A DNA stretch of 64,000 bases from Acanthaster planci (lineage: Eukaryota). The notes beneath the pieces are model-generated. The model made no database searches, was not told the origin of the DNA, and worked only from the letters and a program-made list of their open reading frames with translations. Shown here piece after piece: positions 15,201 to 27,659 of this stretch. The translations under genes and the position numbers were made by a program. Where the stretch lies: positions 3,070,713-3,134,712 of the forward strand of contig NW_019091356.1 in NCBI RefSeq assembly GCF_001949145.1, written 5' to 3'. How positions within the stretch are numbered: position 1 is the first letter of the stretch; every line of letters starts with the position of its first letter.

Positions 15201-18200
15201 ATATTTCAGGGGGAAAAAGGGCCCGTTAAATGGAAGAATTGGACAGGAGAAGGTCGGTGTGTTTTAATGAGATTTAGGTCTGCTGGTTCCCTAAAGTATT
15301 TCTGTTATTCCAGGACGCCAAAAAGTTGGATACTTTATCATTCCGAAAAAACCCAAAAACTAAACACTCTTGATTTGAATATAACAAAATCATGACCAGA
15401 TCTGCATCTGACAGTGCCCTTAACCTTAACTCCTTAGGGTGTGTGCAAAATCATATTAAAATGGGAAGATTAAAAAATGTTAGGACTATCCTTGACTTAA
15501 TTTTGTACTGGGGTCACTTTGAATTCCACATTAAACACATTAGGAGAATCAGAGAACCTTTAATATTTTTATAAGGCTTAGCAAAGAAGTTGACGTAAGA
15601 GGCCTTAGATGTCGCACTTAGTCTTACGTGTTAAATGGAACTCCATGTTCTTAAATCAGGTTTTACGGGGGGAGAGGGGGGGCCTACATCGTCAAATACC
15701 TTGGTTACTGGCTTGGACCACTACTGGTTCTGGATGTAAGCAGACCGGCAACGCAAGCAGGGGGCTTGCGCTAGTGATGTTTTCATCTCTGACCTGCCAG
15801 GTGTACATCACATCTGTGCGATCTGGTATTTCACCTGCGGTAGGAGACAAAATGTAATGCTTGTGATTTGACAGACACAAGAAGCCAACATTCATGAAAG
15901 CTTGAATATCTTCAACAAGTGTTTCACATACTAAGTGCAAAAACCCAAGCACTAGCAACTTTCAACTTGCGCGGCAAAATCAGCTTTCAAGCCCCAGTTG
16001 TACCCACCGTCCAATCTTGCCAGTAAAATGAGCTGCCCACTCCTGGGGTAAAACTCTTGGATGGAAACACTTCCCACTCGATCCTGCACTGCCACACAGA
16101 GAGTGGCATTCTCTGAAGAGATGTTATTGCTGATGATGACAGTCACATGGAACACTCCTGGATCACTGATGACAAGTTCAAGGATGTAGTTGTTGTCATC
16201 TGTGAGATGCTGAATGTTGGGAGTGACCTGGCCCATCTCTGTGTGAACAGAGAACATGAGGTGAGTACCTTGGAGGAGCGTTACGTTTATGAGGGTGGGA
16301 TCGCCCAGTAAGGTGGGTCCAGTGCTGATGAGACTCAGTCCCATTACTGGGTCCTGCACGAGGACGCCTTCGGGGAGATGCACAGTCTCAGAGCTGACGT
16401 CATTACTGGCAGTGACGCTGATATTGTACACCCCGCTTGTGTAGAAAGTGTGGTTGGCTTGAGAGACTGCCGTGGCACTTGAGAGATAATCCTGCTGTTC
16501 CGTGATTCCTAACAGGTCCGAGAAGTGCCATGTGAATTGTACGGTAGTACCTGCTTCTATGGAGGCAGTGAAGGGGATGGAAGAGCCAGTTGGTAGTATC
16601 CCACCACTGCCACCATTTATCGAAAGGCCCCTGATGACTTCCTGAACTGATACTACAACTTGTGCAAGGGCCATGCTCACAAGATTTGAAGCATTGACTG
16701 CTAGCAGGTACTGGCCCGGTGCAGTGAAGTTATGGAAGCAAGTTGGCTCTGAATGACATTGTAGATGAACAGTAGCATTGTTTGATACCACAGACCACAG
16801 ATATGACATGTTTGTGGTTACCACGGGCATCACAAGGCTAAAATTGGCTAGGGCGTGAGTGGCGTACACATTCTGCATTTCTATCTGGATTGATCTGATA
16901 ACTTCTTGGACAACCACAGAGGAGCCAAGTGTGACCACGCCGGCTTTCTTGCTGTCCCAGTCCTGGAAGACACTGGCTTCCACGGCGAAGACACCAGCAC
17001 TCCGGTACCGGTGGCTCAGTGACACAAAGAGGGTACATCCCTCGCCGTAGCTGGCGGTGAGGTGCAGGTGCGCGCTATCCTCGTCGCCAACGGTGATGAA
17101 GGTGTCGTTGATGTCATACATGCTGTGGTTGAACACCGACCCGTCCCCAAAGTCTACCTGCAGCAGCACCTGCTGCCTCGCTGTTGTTGCCATGGTGATG
17201 AGCAACCCCAAGCTAGCATTCACCTTGTTGATGAAGGCCGAGTTGGACGACACTGACATAGTGAGATTTGTTATCTCACGACTAACTACCACCTGGTAAA
17301 AAAAATAAATAAATGCAGTCAGCTTAAGAAACAGTCCAAGACAGATTGAATCATAGAGTGTAGATTGAAGGCCATTATGACCAACATCAGGACTGTAAAC
17401 TGAACTAAAGTACTACGATGAAGACTTACCACATGTAGAGTCTTTTGAATACTGCCAAGATAATTGGAGACGTTGACCGTCACTTCATACACGCCCTCTA
17501 GCGTAAATCTTTGTACCTAAAAAATGAAGGGAAGACAGAAACATGCTTCACTCGTTGTTTGCTGTTCACTCGTAGCTATTCTCTTTAAAAAGTCCTATAG
17601 TCTTTGTCTTAAAAATACAGGGGTAAAATCTTGGATTCCAAACTTTGTCATCTTGACCTGCACAGTCATGTGTCTTATTGGAAGTCATATTCATCAATTA
17701 TTGAAAGAAATTTCAGTTTTGTTCAACAAGATGAACTTAACTTTGAATTGTAAAATGGGGGAACATTTGGCAGACATTTAAATCCTTCAACTCTGAGTAA
17801 TTCCATGTCACTGGACAGAAAGTAGTAGACTGTTATCTTGGGGGGCATACTGAGGTGTAAATACATTCTCATCACAAGTTATCTAGACAAGGGACTTAAG
17901 TGCACTCTTTCAGTTTCAAAGGATATTTGTGTGTAGATTTGACCCAGATTCGCTGCATGTGGGTCACAGACAAGCACTGGTTTTGGGCCTTCCCGCATTC
18001 ACCAGAACGGGTGACCACAAGTTGGCGGCAGGGGAGTTGTAAAGACAAGGGGAGCAGTGACATGCACCATTAACAACCTCACCAGAAATTGATCAGTAAA
18101 TCAGGGAAAAGCGGTCTCCTAAGTGGTCTCAAAGTTGTGATAATGAGGCCAAGCGGACAAACCACAGGGCTGTCAAGTCTCAGCCCTCAGGAACAACTTA

Positions 18201-21200
18201 CACCCTCGGCAAATTACGCACTGAGATTTACAAATGAAACCCAGCTTTCTCAAAGGCATTGACCCATAGTTTTGTCAATTATTTGGGTCCGACCATACCA
18301 ATGGACAACTTTGTCTGCTGCCAACAAGCACTTGGCTAAAACTGAAGCTAAATATATCAAATGTGAAGTGCTGTTTTGGGGGGATATTAGATCAGTTTTT
18401 CTTCCAACTTCAAAGTGGTACTTCAGAACATAGATACAGACAAATTAAGATAAGCTCATGACTCAGATACTTCAAGTCCTAAGAAAAAAGAAAGAAAATA
18501 CAAAAACTGGGCATAGTGTGGAGAGTTTTTTAAGTGGACAGATTTACGGCAGGTCATTGCTGGTTGTTGGAAATGGAAACCTAATAGAAAGACAGTGACT
18601 TCAGGATATCCACAAAAAATGACCTCAACAACTTCCCAGGACTAAAATATGACAATTTCACATCATTTTGTGGAGCAAAGTTGTTTAGTATTATGAACTG
18701 GAAGACTGCCACAGCCGCTACTATAGACAGAGTGACAGGATTATCCATTTCGTACGTGACTTTGTCACAAAGGTAGACGCGTCACGATGCCCGTGCTCCC
18801 ATTGGACGATCACAGAAGTTGCGCGCTAACTTCCGGTTCCACGGTTCCACATAAACGGCGATCAATGCATGTAACCCTATGTGCAGTGCACACGTGCAGT
18901 GGGCGTGGTTTAAACTGAAGTGACATCACACTTACGAACTGGATAGACTGTACAGTTATCATTATTCCATCATCCATCAAATGCGGCCTGTAGGCCATTA
19001 GAAAACTCCTTGCATGATCGTGATTTCCATGACTTTTTTCCTCTCAAAGCAAGAGTCCGTGACATCCTATTTTCCCCCCAATTTTCCACGACCCCGCGGG
19101 AACTCTAGATCTGATGTGAAATCTGAAGGGATGACAGTTGAGCCAGGCTTGGGGTGACGGAAAGTTGGGATGGGGTGGAGCTGCAGGAGGGGGAGGAAGA
19201 TGGGAATCTGTATCTCTCAAGTGTGACCGTGGAGCTATTGAAAGGGAGAGCGCTATTTCTCCAATTGCTGTTCAGGAAACCCTACCATGTTGTGAACATG
19301 CTTACACAGTAAAAGAAAATTTGTAAAAATCTCAAATAAGCTTTCTGGTAGATACCTGTTCTAGAACAACGCAGCAACAACTATATTTCTTTTCAAGGAA
19401 ACAAACAAGGCTGCCATTAAAATTCCGATAGTAACATTTGGACATAGACTCTATAAATAGCCACGAGAAACAAAAGGAGAGAAACTTGGCCCCAATCAAG
19501 AGCCATGAGTGATTTAAGAGATTTCCTGGGGTTAACAGGGTGGTGTTTCAGGCAGTTTATGACTGAGGTGATCCTACATTCCTGAAGAGAGAGGGGGGTT
19601 TCATCAACTGGACAAAGTGATTTTACATCATTGTGCTCAGGAAGAAAAAGGCAATGGTGACACTAGAGATAAAGCTACTTCAATTTGAGATAAGTAAAAT
19701 TTGTTGGTGATGTCAAACAAAGTTGAATTTGTGGTAAGGTATTTTGCACTAGGGAGGGCCCTAAGACTAAAACAAAACTACTTTTTTTCTTTCCAGGGTA
19801 AATTGACGAACTTTAGAACAGAATTCCTGTTGGCTCACAGAAGGGGATAAGACAGCACCGTCGCCAGCTTCAGGCATTCAGGGGGGCCACAGTATCGGCT
19901 AGGGGGGCCATATCACAGGAACAAAATATATTTTTCATGCTTGTGCTTCTTACTGATGGGGGAATAGCTTCCCAACAGGGAGCCTAGGGCCCCCTTGGTG
20001 ATGGGCTGGGATAAGAGAATTTTGACTAAAAAAGTCTGGATACAATTAACTGGCAACCCAGGAAAAACTAGGCCTTAGAGCCCAACGGCCTTTTCCCATC
20101 CACTGGCTTGAAACAAAAGCCCCAACATTCCTTTTCCAGGCCAGACGGGGCATTTCTGACCCCATCCTGGGACCCTGGAATACCCCTTTCCCGAACCCCC
20201 AGGACATAAGTGGCATTGGGGGTCCAGCCAATACCTCAAACCTATCACTGATCTCTTCAGCCTGATAAAAGATGAAAGAAAGCCGCCAGTGAGCAAGTTT
20301 TAAATGAATAACATCCTACTCTATCACCCCATTTTACCAAGACTTGGAAGAGAACAAGGACGGGAGATGAAATCCAAACCAGATGGGTACTGAAGTAAAC
20401 AATTCCTGGATTTGGTGAAAGGGCAACAAAGCAAAGCCGACTTCAGGGATAAAAACAAGCAATTATAGAATTTGGGTAACGGAAAATGACACGAAATTAC
20501 AGCTTCCCGTGCATTAATATAAACCCAACCATGGAACAATTTTGCAATGTCAGAGTTTCATTTTTTCCCCATGCCTGTTTTGATAGAGAATCACACGTAT
20601 CAAACAAGTTAAATGGTGACACTACACTGCAAGACGTCAGCCAAGAAGCAAGGCGTGTGATTGTAGCTTTTGAGATTTTTTGACCATCGTCTTAGAATTT
20701 AAGGTAATGCCTTGATGCTGCTGAAGGACAATGTGACAGCGACTGAGAACTGTAGAGAGTGAAATCTCTCCAAGCTTTAACTAAAACCTTCACGTACCTG
20801 GATATCCTGCATGCAAGTGATCCCTTCGCACTCGGGCTCTTCTAAAGACACTTCCGTGACGTTTAAACTGTCGTCATTGACGCCACCAAATGCCCACGCA
20901 AATGTCAAGTTGACTCCCATGGCCACCGAGGCCTGAAACTCCACCTCTTCCCCTACGAAGACTGATACGGCGGGCAGGGACGCTGCAGCCGTAACGTCTG
21001 ACGCGGGAACGCAGGAGGGAGCATCACCCTGGGTGGGCCGCAGAATGACCTGGAGGTCGGAGGGCAGAGGGCGCACCACGGTGATGCCAGTGGTGCGTGT
21101 GAGAGCAGATATAGCATTGCTGACGTCCACATCTGTGCACAAATTTTTAAACATATTCACTAAGCTGACATTTCTGGAATATGTAACTAAGTTAGCTCAT

Positions 21201-24200
21201 TTGCTCAACAAAGAAACCTATCCGTACTCAAGGTAGCTTTCAGAACCTATCCATGTGCTTTCCGTCACCAACGACTGATGTATTAAATATCTCTCTCTCT
21301 CTGTTGACTGATGCCTCGTTCATGATGAAAAGTAAGAGTTTAATTTGTTTTTCAAAACAAACATTTTTTTTTTAATCAAAGGGAGGAAACCCTAAGCAGT
21401 GTCAACAATGCATTTAGAAAATTTTCACGCTGGGTTCGATACAAATGCCTACTCCATTTTCTACATAAGCAATAAAATGTGAAACAATGATGTGGTACCC
21501 AACCGGCCGTGTAACTTTCCACCAATTGATTATTTTCACTGGACACCTGATTTTTTTTAAAGTGAGAATAGCTTGTAAGTTTAGTAAAAGCATACACCGT
21601 ACCTCCAGACACAAGACAACAATTTCACATTGCAAAGGGAATAAGGAGCAGTAGATTTTGAAATCTCTGATCAGGTGATCTGGGGTCTACCATGGAGCCC
21701 TGGGTTTACTGACCGGCATGCTGCCCCAGTGAGGCGAAGCAGCCGAGTGACAGGGGGCAAAGCCGGCAAATCTTGCACCAATTTGGGTCCGGGTGTGAGG
21801 CCTGGCAGGAGGTCCAGGCTGGCATTGCAAAAATGTATTCTTAATAGCACGCACTAGCAATCAATGTGTCTCAAGCTATCACCCGGCTAACAAGTTACAT
21901 CCTCATCTTTTTAGTGCATTTACTGATCTTGCAAGTTTTTATCCATTTTTCCTCTTTCAGTCACTTTTTCACTCCATGATTCTTTCAACTTTAACACCTC
22001 CTTGAATGAGGATTTACAGCGAATTTGAGACATTTGGCACCCAAGCATTTGTTGTGCAACATATTTGTGGTTTCACAGCATAAAAGGGAATTCAATTTCA
22101 ACTTTGTTGACAAATATGCATGTGGTACAGGAAAGGTTCAGTTTACTGAAAGACAATAGTTGTTGTCCTAAACTTCCACTTTACTTACCCTTTTCAATGA
22201 TTTTTCCTTTTGAAATATATTTTACTTAATATATAAAACAAATTCCACATTTGTTAGGTTTCCCTTCAACTAGAGTCTACAAGATACTTCCTAAATGTTG
22301 GTACATGACACAAAAATTTAGCGGTTTAAAAGCACGCCCTTGAAGAAATTCCAGGCTTTTTCAAAACCAATTTTCATGACCAGAAACCATGACCTTCACC
22401 TTGGCAGAATTTCTTTTGACGAGGTTAAACACCTCGTGCCAATGTCCAGTGGAGGGGGAGCTGTCTAGGGGTGTATCGCCCTCCAAGCACAACAATGCCT
22501 ACATGTACATCTACAAAACAACTGTCTCTGGCTTGTACAATCAGTCAACGGGACGCATCGGGTCAATGAATTCTTCATGAGGCAAACATGTTTAGGTGGA
22601 GATAATTTTAGAAGTTCGTTAACAGGCCAGCCGAAGAGTTCAGTTCAGTTAAAGGCACATGTAGGTATTCACAGAGAGTGAAGCAAAAAGACAGCTCTTC
22701 CGTAATTTTGAGCTCTACAGAGTTCAACTGGCTACTTCAATCAACTTTGTGAGTCAGTGCAAAACAAATTTCAGGTGTTTTCATACGCCTAATACCAATG
22801 TTGGCCAAAACAAAATTTGTGGGAAACAATTCAACGGCAGGATTTTAAGATTAAAATACCGATCATGCACGGGCAAACAAGGATGGAAAGGTTTCACTTC
22901 TACTATTTTACGTATAGGCCTATCTATTTCATGACAACATCTTATTCATTTCAAAAACTAAATGTCTATTCCAGGAAATTTTTGTACAATGTTCATTCCA
23001 TTCATTTCTTATTATCCTTACAGGCAGTGCTTCCGCAGGTTCTGCAATGAATGTGATGATGATCCCTTTGATCTTTATTTCTGATGGTGTAAAATCAACA
23101 TTACTTTCCACTCTCATCACGTGTACAACTAAAACAAGTTGACCGAGTGTGAAACAGCAATACCACCAGTGGTCTGGAGTCAATGATTCATCACTGTTTA
23201 ATAACAGTACAGTGGAATCTCACAATAAAGGCTGACACAAGCTTCATACATTCTTACACAACGGCCTTTACAAGTATAAGAGGGAGCCCAAGTATTATTC
23301 CGAAGACACCTTGAAAGTGCTTAGCCAAACAGTGATCTTCCAAGGAAGATGTAAATCCCCCTGTGCTACCAATCCCTCACGCCGTGAATTGGTACAGGGG
23401 CCCCATATGCAGCAGGTATGCATCGCTACTGCCCGCAGCACAGAGCGAGCAATCCCAGCAAATCCCCTCCTTTCAATCCATTCCTTAGTGGCCGCCCAGA
23501 GTCTGCCATTGTCAGCACAGCCCATAGCTTTCCACAGAAAGGAACTTTCCCCCAAGGTATATCACCCCTTACACTAACAACAGCAGTTGCCCCTGCACAA
23601 ACAGCGGCAGTGTGAAGTAAAAGCAATGTGATCGAAATCCAACTTTAGGAATCCTTACTCCCAAGGCTTAATTCATTTTACCCCACTAGTTCCATAACAC
23701 AAGGACAGGGGTGCCCGATGGTTAACAGTGTTCTAGCAAACATACCCAAGTTGTCCTTCCATTGCAATTTGGAATAATGTACAATCCCTTAGAGTGGATG
23801 TAATTGATAACTGTTTGCAATCTCATTATTTTCAAGGCAAAGCAACTTTTTTTGCTGTTTTTACACATCAGTACAGACAAGCTTGAGCGTTAATAAACTC
23901 AAAAGTTAACTTATTAAAATGAGGAAAAGCATTTTTCCATTTGCACCATTAGCAGTTCATATTACTTTATCTACAATTTTTGATTGATTGCTCTGTCTAA
24001 GTTGGTAACATTAAAAACTTAACTAAGTAAAAAACTACGCAAAATGAAAACAAATTGTTTACAAAAAAGTTAAGATTGAGTGAGAACTGCACAGCAATTT
24101 TTAAAAAATCTACCTACCTATGAGCCATCTCCCCTCATGACGAAAAGTATACACAAAACTGTCTACGACAGAGGAGTTGCCATAGTGAAGGGACGTCTCC

Positions 24201-27080
24201 GCAATCCGTTCACCATTTACATTCCACCTGAAGACAATTTCATCAAACTGGCTGCCACTGAATCCATCTAGACCTGAAAGCAGTACATATAAATTTGATT
24301 TACACAAGTTTAGAATCTTTGTTAACTTCACTATCCAAAATCTACCCTAAGAATCCAACACCTGTTTTTTTTCTGTATTAGGACAGAGTCGGGTCTGTCA
24401 AGCACAGACATTGACACTTGCATCTGTCCATTTTCTGTTGAACTACATGTACCTGTACAGAGAATGCACAGGTTTTCAGTTTTTTCCCTTCAGAAGCACG
24501 GAGTAAGGATCGAACGGCACATTCACAATGGCAATACTACGTGTAAAGTTTAGCTCAAGTGAGATACTTTTACACTACTACCCAAAACACCAAAAAATTT
24601 ACAATGAAAGAAAATCATTTTTGACATCAGCAGATGAAAAAAAAAATGAATTCATGCAATTTGATTACATTCTCTACCTCAAGTTGCATCCCAAATCTGT
24701 TTTCAAAATTTCTACACAGCCAGACAAATCAACTTTGACTCGTTTTTTTTCTTTGACTTGGTTTCTGTGTATGAAAACTTGCCAGAAAATGGTTGCAAAT
24801 AGGTCCCTACTTGGCAGACAAAAGACTCCAATTTGGAAGTCTTCCAAGAGACAGAAAAAGTCTGACAAAGGCAAGACAATGCAAACATCAGCGCTTTGTC
24901 TGCAACTGGAAATTATATACGCTGACGCCTTGTCCAGACCATACTGAAACGGCCCGACCACCCACGAGAGCTTACATGCAAGGGATTTAGCAGTAATCTC
25001 CCCTGATTTATGATATTTCCTTTCCCCATTTTTCTTGGCTCCGGCAACATTTGCACAACTGTTAGTCCCAAAGAAACATGAACCGTGGTCTTTCTGATCC
25101 CCAGACAGATGTGTTGGTGTTGCTACAGATGTGGGCTGGAAACACCTGTGAACGTGGAGGGTGAAGGAATATGGGCCAATGTCCTACGACTGGTGGCAGT
25201 TCAAATATAACCACACAGTTCACACACGCAGTGGGAGCCACTGCAGGCGCGGGGCTAGGAGGAATGAACCCCCCCTTCAATTTTTCCCCACTTCTCAGTT
25301 AGCTCAACCCCTTACACCACAACACACATGTACAGGTGCACAGAGACTAATTCTGACAATTTTAATGGCTGTTGAAAAAAATGTGCAAAGTTTCAACTTC
25401 CAACTAACGTCAAATGTTGTCATTCTTAGTAAAATGTTTACCCCTGACCAGGGGAAATGCTACAAGAGTTCTACATGTGCATGTGATGCCTGTGAGTAAT
25501 TTTAATACACTAAACATGTGGGGTTTGGGCTACCGACAGTCATGAAGTTGCCATTTCACAAGTATCAAAGATTGTATTTTTACTTGCACTGGACCAATTG
25601 TAATCGAACATTATACGGACAGACCATTCTTTTCCTCTTGAATTTTCCTCCTGTTACCCACAAATTCTCAAGTCACTTCTCCACTACAGTTCTCAACCAA
25701 ACATCTTTGGAGGATACTTCAATTCGGGAAGTCGTGCCCTGCAACAAATCTCATTTCTACAGTCCCCACCCAAACAAAAATAATTGAAATTGCCTACCTA
25801 AGTCTTCCAGTTCATCCCTTGCCAGGGCCACTCGGGCCTCGAAGCGGACTGTGGTCCCTTCCTGCACCAAGTGTCGAGACCGACTCAGCTCGGCGGTTAA
25901 TAAATAGGGACCGTCCACCGAGTAGACACTGACTGCGCCGTCACCTCCGCACGGTAGACTGACATTTCCACATCTGTTTGTGATATTTTGTAACTTGTGA
26001 ATCCACAAATTTACTTCAGTGCTAAAATGTTCCTTCTACATTTGATGAAACCTGGAAATATTCAGGCAAAGCTCTGACATTTGAGGTGTTTTAGCAAAAA
26101 CATTAGATTTTCCTCTTTTTTGTTTTTTTTTCCTATCACAGCTATCGCACTGTTGCTGTACTGTACAGCGAACATGTAATCTAACATTAGCAAATGCAGG
26201 ACATTTTTAATAAGATAAATTTCTCTTCAAGGGCCGTAAAGGCTATAATTTAACTGGCAGATAAAAAATTTGGCAGAAAAAAAAACTGGCAGATCACAAA
26301 TTTTAAAAAGAGGTCAAGAGAAAACTTACGTTATATTGCATAATTGGTCTGGTAACCTCTCTCCTATTACACTGCTACAGGTACAATTGGCACCTTGTCC
26401 ATGTATACCAGCATACAGGAATCTGTATTGCATAAATAAACTGAAACTATGACAACAAAGCACCCCAATGTGTTCCAATCCTTAATCCTCTGAAGTTCAA
26501 CAGACATTTTTCCAAAACCCAGACCATGCAATGCCATTTAGGCATGATAACTTTGAAGAGAAAGAAGAAGTGAACGGGAAAAAACAGTTGTGGAAGTTAC
26601 AAACTTGTGCTTTGAGCCAATGACAGAAGCTGTTCCTTTCGGATCAAAAAGCTCTGCAGGACCACCCACACTGATGAAATAATTATTGTTAAGGCAAAGA
26701 AAATGTACAATTCTTTGGGGAATGACATGTCCATTTTATAAATTCTCAGATTAAAAAAAAAAACAGGAAATGACAGAAGTTTTCAACGTTTTATTTCACC
26801 ATGTAGCAAAACCATTCTGATTGACATAAGCATTAAGCATCTCTCGAGAAAAGATATAAACTTCTTCCTAACACGACGGCTTATCACAGCATATTCCTAC
26901 ACAGTATGTAGAACACTTTGATAAATCATGAGGATTTAATTTTTTAATTTGATTTTTACCCTCTTGCCCAACAAGAGCTTGCACATGAGGCTGGGGTGAA
27001 CTCCAGATTCCCATCTGAGTCTTGCAGTGAGCTCTCTGATGATGTGTTGCCGTGAGTACATCCTAAGTACCATGACGACC
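1..27080 (-). CDS. PKD1L1: Polycystin-1-like protein (PKD1L1-type), N-terminal half: WSC + ~15 PKD repeats + start of REJ; partial at both ends
   Basis: 19 phase-consistent GT-AG exons: 26960-27080, 26330-26422, 25798-25973, 24118-24273, 20798-21132, 17430-17516, 16008-17292, 15700-15834, 13848-13960, 6835-7088, 6247-6406, 5271-5836, 4412-4776, 3798-4025, 2888-3179, 2114-2359, 1787-1919, 1196-1402, 590-771, plus the truncated exon 1-221. Repeated WDFGDG / HxYxxPGxYxVxVxAxN motifs. The REJ entry (KYNRTGEF...FILTRMCRPP...LPYGHY...SVIEGGTRRYFS...LNGSFSYDPD...LRYNWTC) resembles vertebrate PKD1L1 as recalled. Confidence 0.85.
590..771 (-). CDS. PKD1L1: PKD1L1-like exon (REJ)
   Basis: VVMNGTIV...SVIEGGTRRYFSSDMTVTLNGSFSYDPDD; tag| and |gtaggg boundaries. 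Confidence 0.9.
1196..1402 (-). CDS. PKD1L1: PKD1L1-like exon (REJ)
   Basis: VRHSEDIRIEAEVAIDC...TLHIPRWDLPYGHYMFALN; phase 0-0. Confidence 0.9.
1787..1919 (-). CDS. PKD1L1: PKD1L1-like exon (last PKD repeat/REJ junction)
   Basis: TGEFFLHLEVSNLVSNSTATSKIFILTRMCRPP; |gtaagt donor; missed by the ORF track in this frame. Confidence 0.9.
2114..2359 (-). CDS. PKD1L1: PKD1L1-like exon (PKD repeat)
   Basis: GSDMNFVWDFGDG...VYHKYNR. Confidence 0.9.
2524..2788 (-). mobile_element. tRNA-derived SINE, near full length
   Basis: Minus strand: A box TGGCGTAGTGG, B box GGGTTCGAATCCC, downstream GGGTTTTCCTCCCAC body motif; its 3' tail recurs at 52181-52252. Confidence 0.75.
2888..3179 (-). CDS. PKD1L1: PKD1L1-like exon (PKD repeats)
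   Basis: SHVYRSPGIFTVTVVAFN...YHWDMGD. Confidence 0.9.
3798..4025 (-). CDS. PKD1L1: PKD1L1-like exon (PKD repeats)
   Basis: GNYTVSVTAGNLVS...GTHLFYNWSMGD. Confidence 0.9.
4412..4776 (-). CDS. PKD1L1: PKD1L1-like exon (PKD repeats)
   Basis: HTFSRPGTYYVSVSAGN...FYFDFGDG. Confidence 0.9.
5271..5836 (-). CDS. PKD1L1: PKD1L1-like exon (PKD repeats)
   Basis: PGLYNISLHASNLIS...GNDVDFTWDFQD. Confidence 0.9.
6247..6406 (-). CDS. PKD1L1: PKD1L1-like exon (PKD repeat)
   Basis: SGTDILYTWTI; phases match flanking exons. Confidence 0.85.
6835..7088 (-). CDS. PKD1L1: PKD1L1-like exon (PKD repeat)
   Basis: VLIDHGDGT...HPGVY. Confidence 0.85.
7890..7960 (-). mobile_element. Degenerate tRNA-derived SINE head
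   Basis: Minus strand GGTGGCTCAG..TTGGTAGAG (A box-like) and decayed GGTTC...TTCAAGTC B box. Confidence 0.5.
9535..9600 (+). mobile_element. Decayed CORE-SINE-like fragment
   Basis: TGTTCCTAGGCAAGACACTTTAC...ATGGGT resembles the CORE domain motif TCCTTGGGCAAGACACTT. Confidence 0.35.
13848..13960 (-). CDS. PKD1L1: PKD1L1-like exon
   Basis: Strong pyrimidine tract/acceptor and |gtaagt donor; DASQEEMII...YSLDCPVYGEAGAPLLCTLQ joins both neighbours in frame. Confidence 0.8.
15700..15834 (-). CDS. PKD1L1: PKD1L1-like exon
   Basis: DVMYTWQV...VVVQASNQ; phase 1-1. Confidence 0.85.
16008..17292 (-). CDS. PKD1L1: PKD1L1-like large exon (about four PKD repeats)
   Basis: 1285-nt open exon; QVDFGDG, HNFTAPGQY, HTFYTSGVYNISVTASN. 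Confidence 0.92.
17430..17516 (-). CDS. PKD1L1: PKD1L1-like short exon
   Basis: VQRFTLEGVYEVTVNVSNYLGS completes a PKD repeat; tttttag| and |gtaagt. Confidence 0.88.
20798..21132 (-). CDS. PKD1L1: PKD1L1-like exon
   Basis: VDVSNAIS...VEFQASVAMGVNLTFAWAFG. Confidence 0.88.
24118..24273 (-). CDS. PKD1L1: PKD1L1-like exon
   Basis: FRWNVNG...YTFRHEGRWLI joins next exon as ...WLIDVDVSN. Confidence 0.85.
25798..25973 (-). CDS. PKD1L1: PKD1L1-like exon (WSC C-terminus)
   Basis: CGNVSLPCGGDGAVSVYS, the typical WSC end motif. Confidence 0.85.
26330..26422 (-). CDS. PKD1L1: PKD1L1-like exon (WSC middle)
   Basis: FLYAGIHGQGANCTCS...CNIT (YAG...CxC WSC motif); phase 2-2. Confidence 0.85.
26960..27080 (-). 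CDS. PKD1L1: PKD1L1-like exon (WSC N-terminus)
   Basis: WYLGC...FTPASCASSCWARG. Confidence 0.85.
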
Positions 27081-27603
27081 CTACATCAAATAAATTGTTA
27101 TCATTAAAATTAAGTCCGTACAGGGTACTCAACTGCAAACAAACTCACTAGCAATCCCTACAATGCTCCAAGAAATAAACTCCAGAACTAAGATCAATTT
27201 TTCTTCATAAGATTTCACATTCACCCTTGCATCAATCCATTTCAGCTCACGACTTGAACTATGAAAATACTGGAAAACCCTAAATAATTAATCCTAGTGA
27301 AAGTGCAGTTTTCAAGGACTGCAGTATAACTTTACACAGCATGGGCTATTAAATAATATAACCTTTTGGAAAAGAACTTTAAACTTGTAAGAACATTATG
27401 AAACTACTCTTATTTATACACAGAGACTTTTTGGGGGGGTGCATAAAATATCAACCTCAACGGTCCAGTATTTTTTGTTACCAAACTTTCTGTCTGCCCT
27501 TAGGCTAACAGAGTTGCTAAAATAAGCCAGCAACAGTCCAGCAAATCCTTGATAATAACGTCCAGGGATTTATTTTTATCCGGACCACCCTCTGAGTTCC
27601 TAC

Positions 27604-27659
27604 CAATGGTTACCTCCCTGAAACGTTCTCCTACATTTGGCATAAGGTATGCTTTGCAT
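27604..27659 (-). CDS. Possible upstream small exon of the PKD1L1-like gene
   Basis: Good acceptor (tttttcacag|). Two candidate donors each give a phase-1 end compatible with the WSC exon; the frame is ambiguous. Confidence 0.35.

Noticed and set aside
18936..18987. Extra polycystin exon (ctacag|...|gtaagt)
   Set aside because: Contains a stop in the required phase 0; the missing strand of the repeat is supplied by exon 17430-17516.
23012..23128. Extra polycystin exon (minus strand, good acceptor and gtaagg donor)
   Set aside because: Enters in phase 1 but exits in phase 0, which would frameshift the next exon; the flanking exons already join into a proper PKD repeat.
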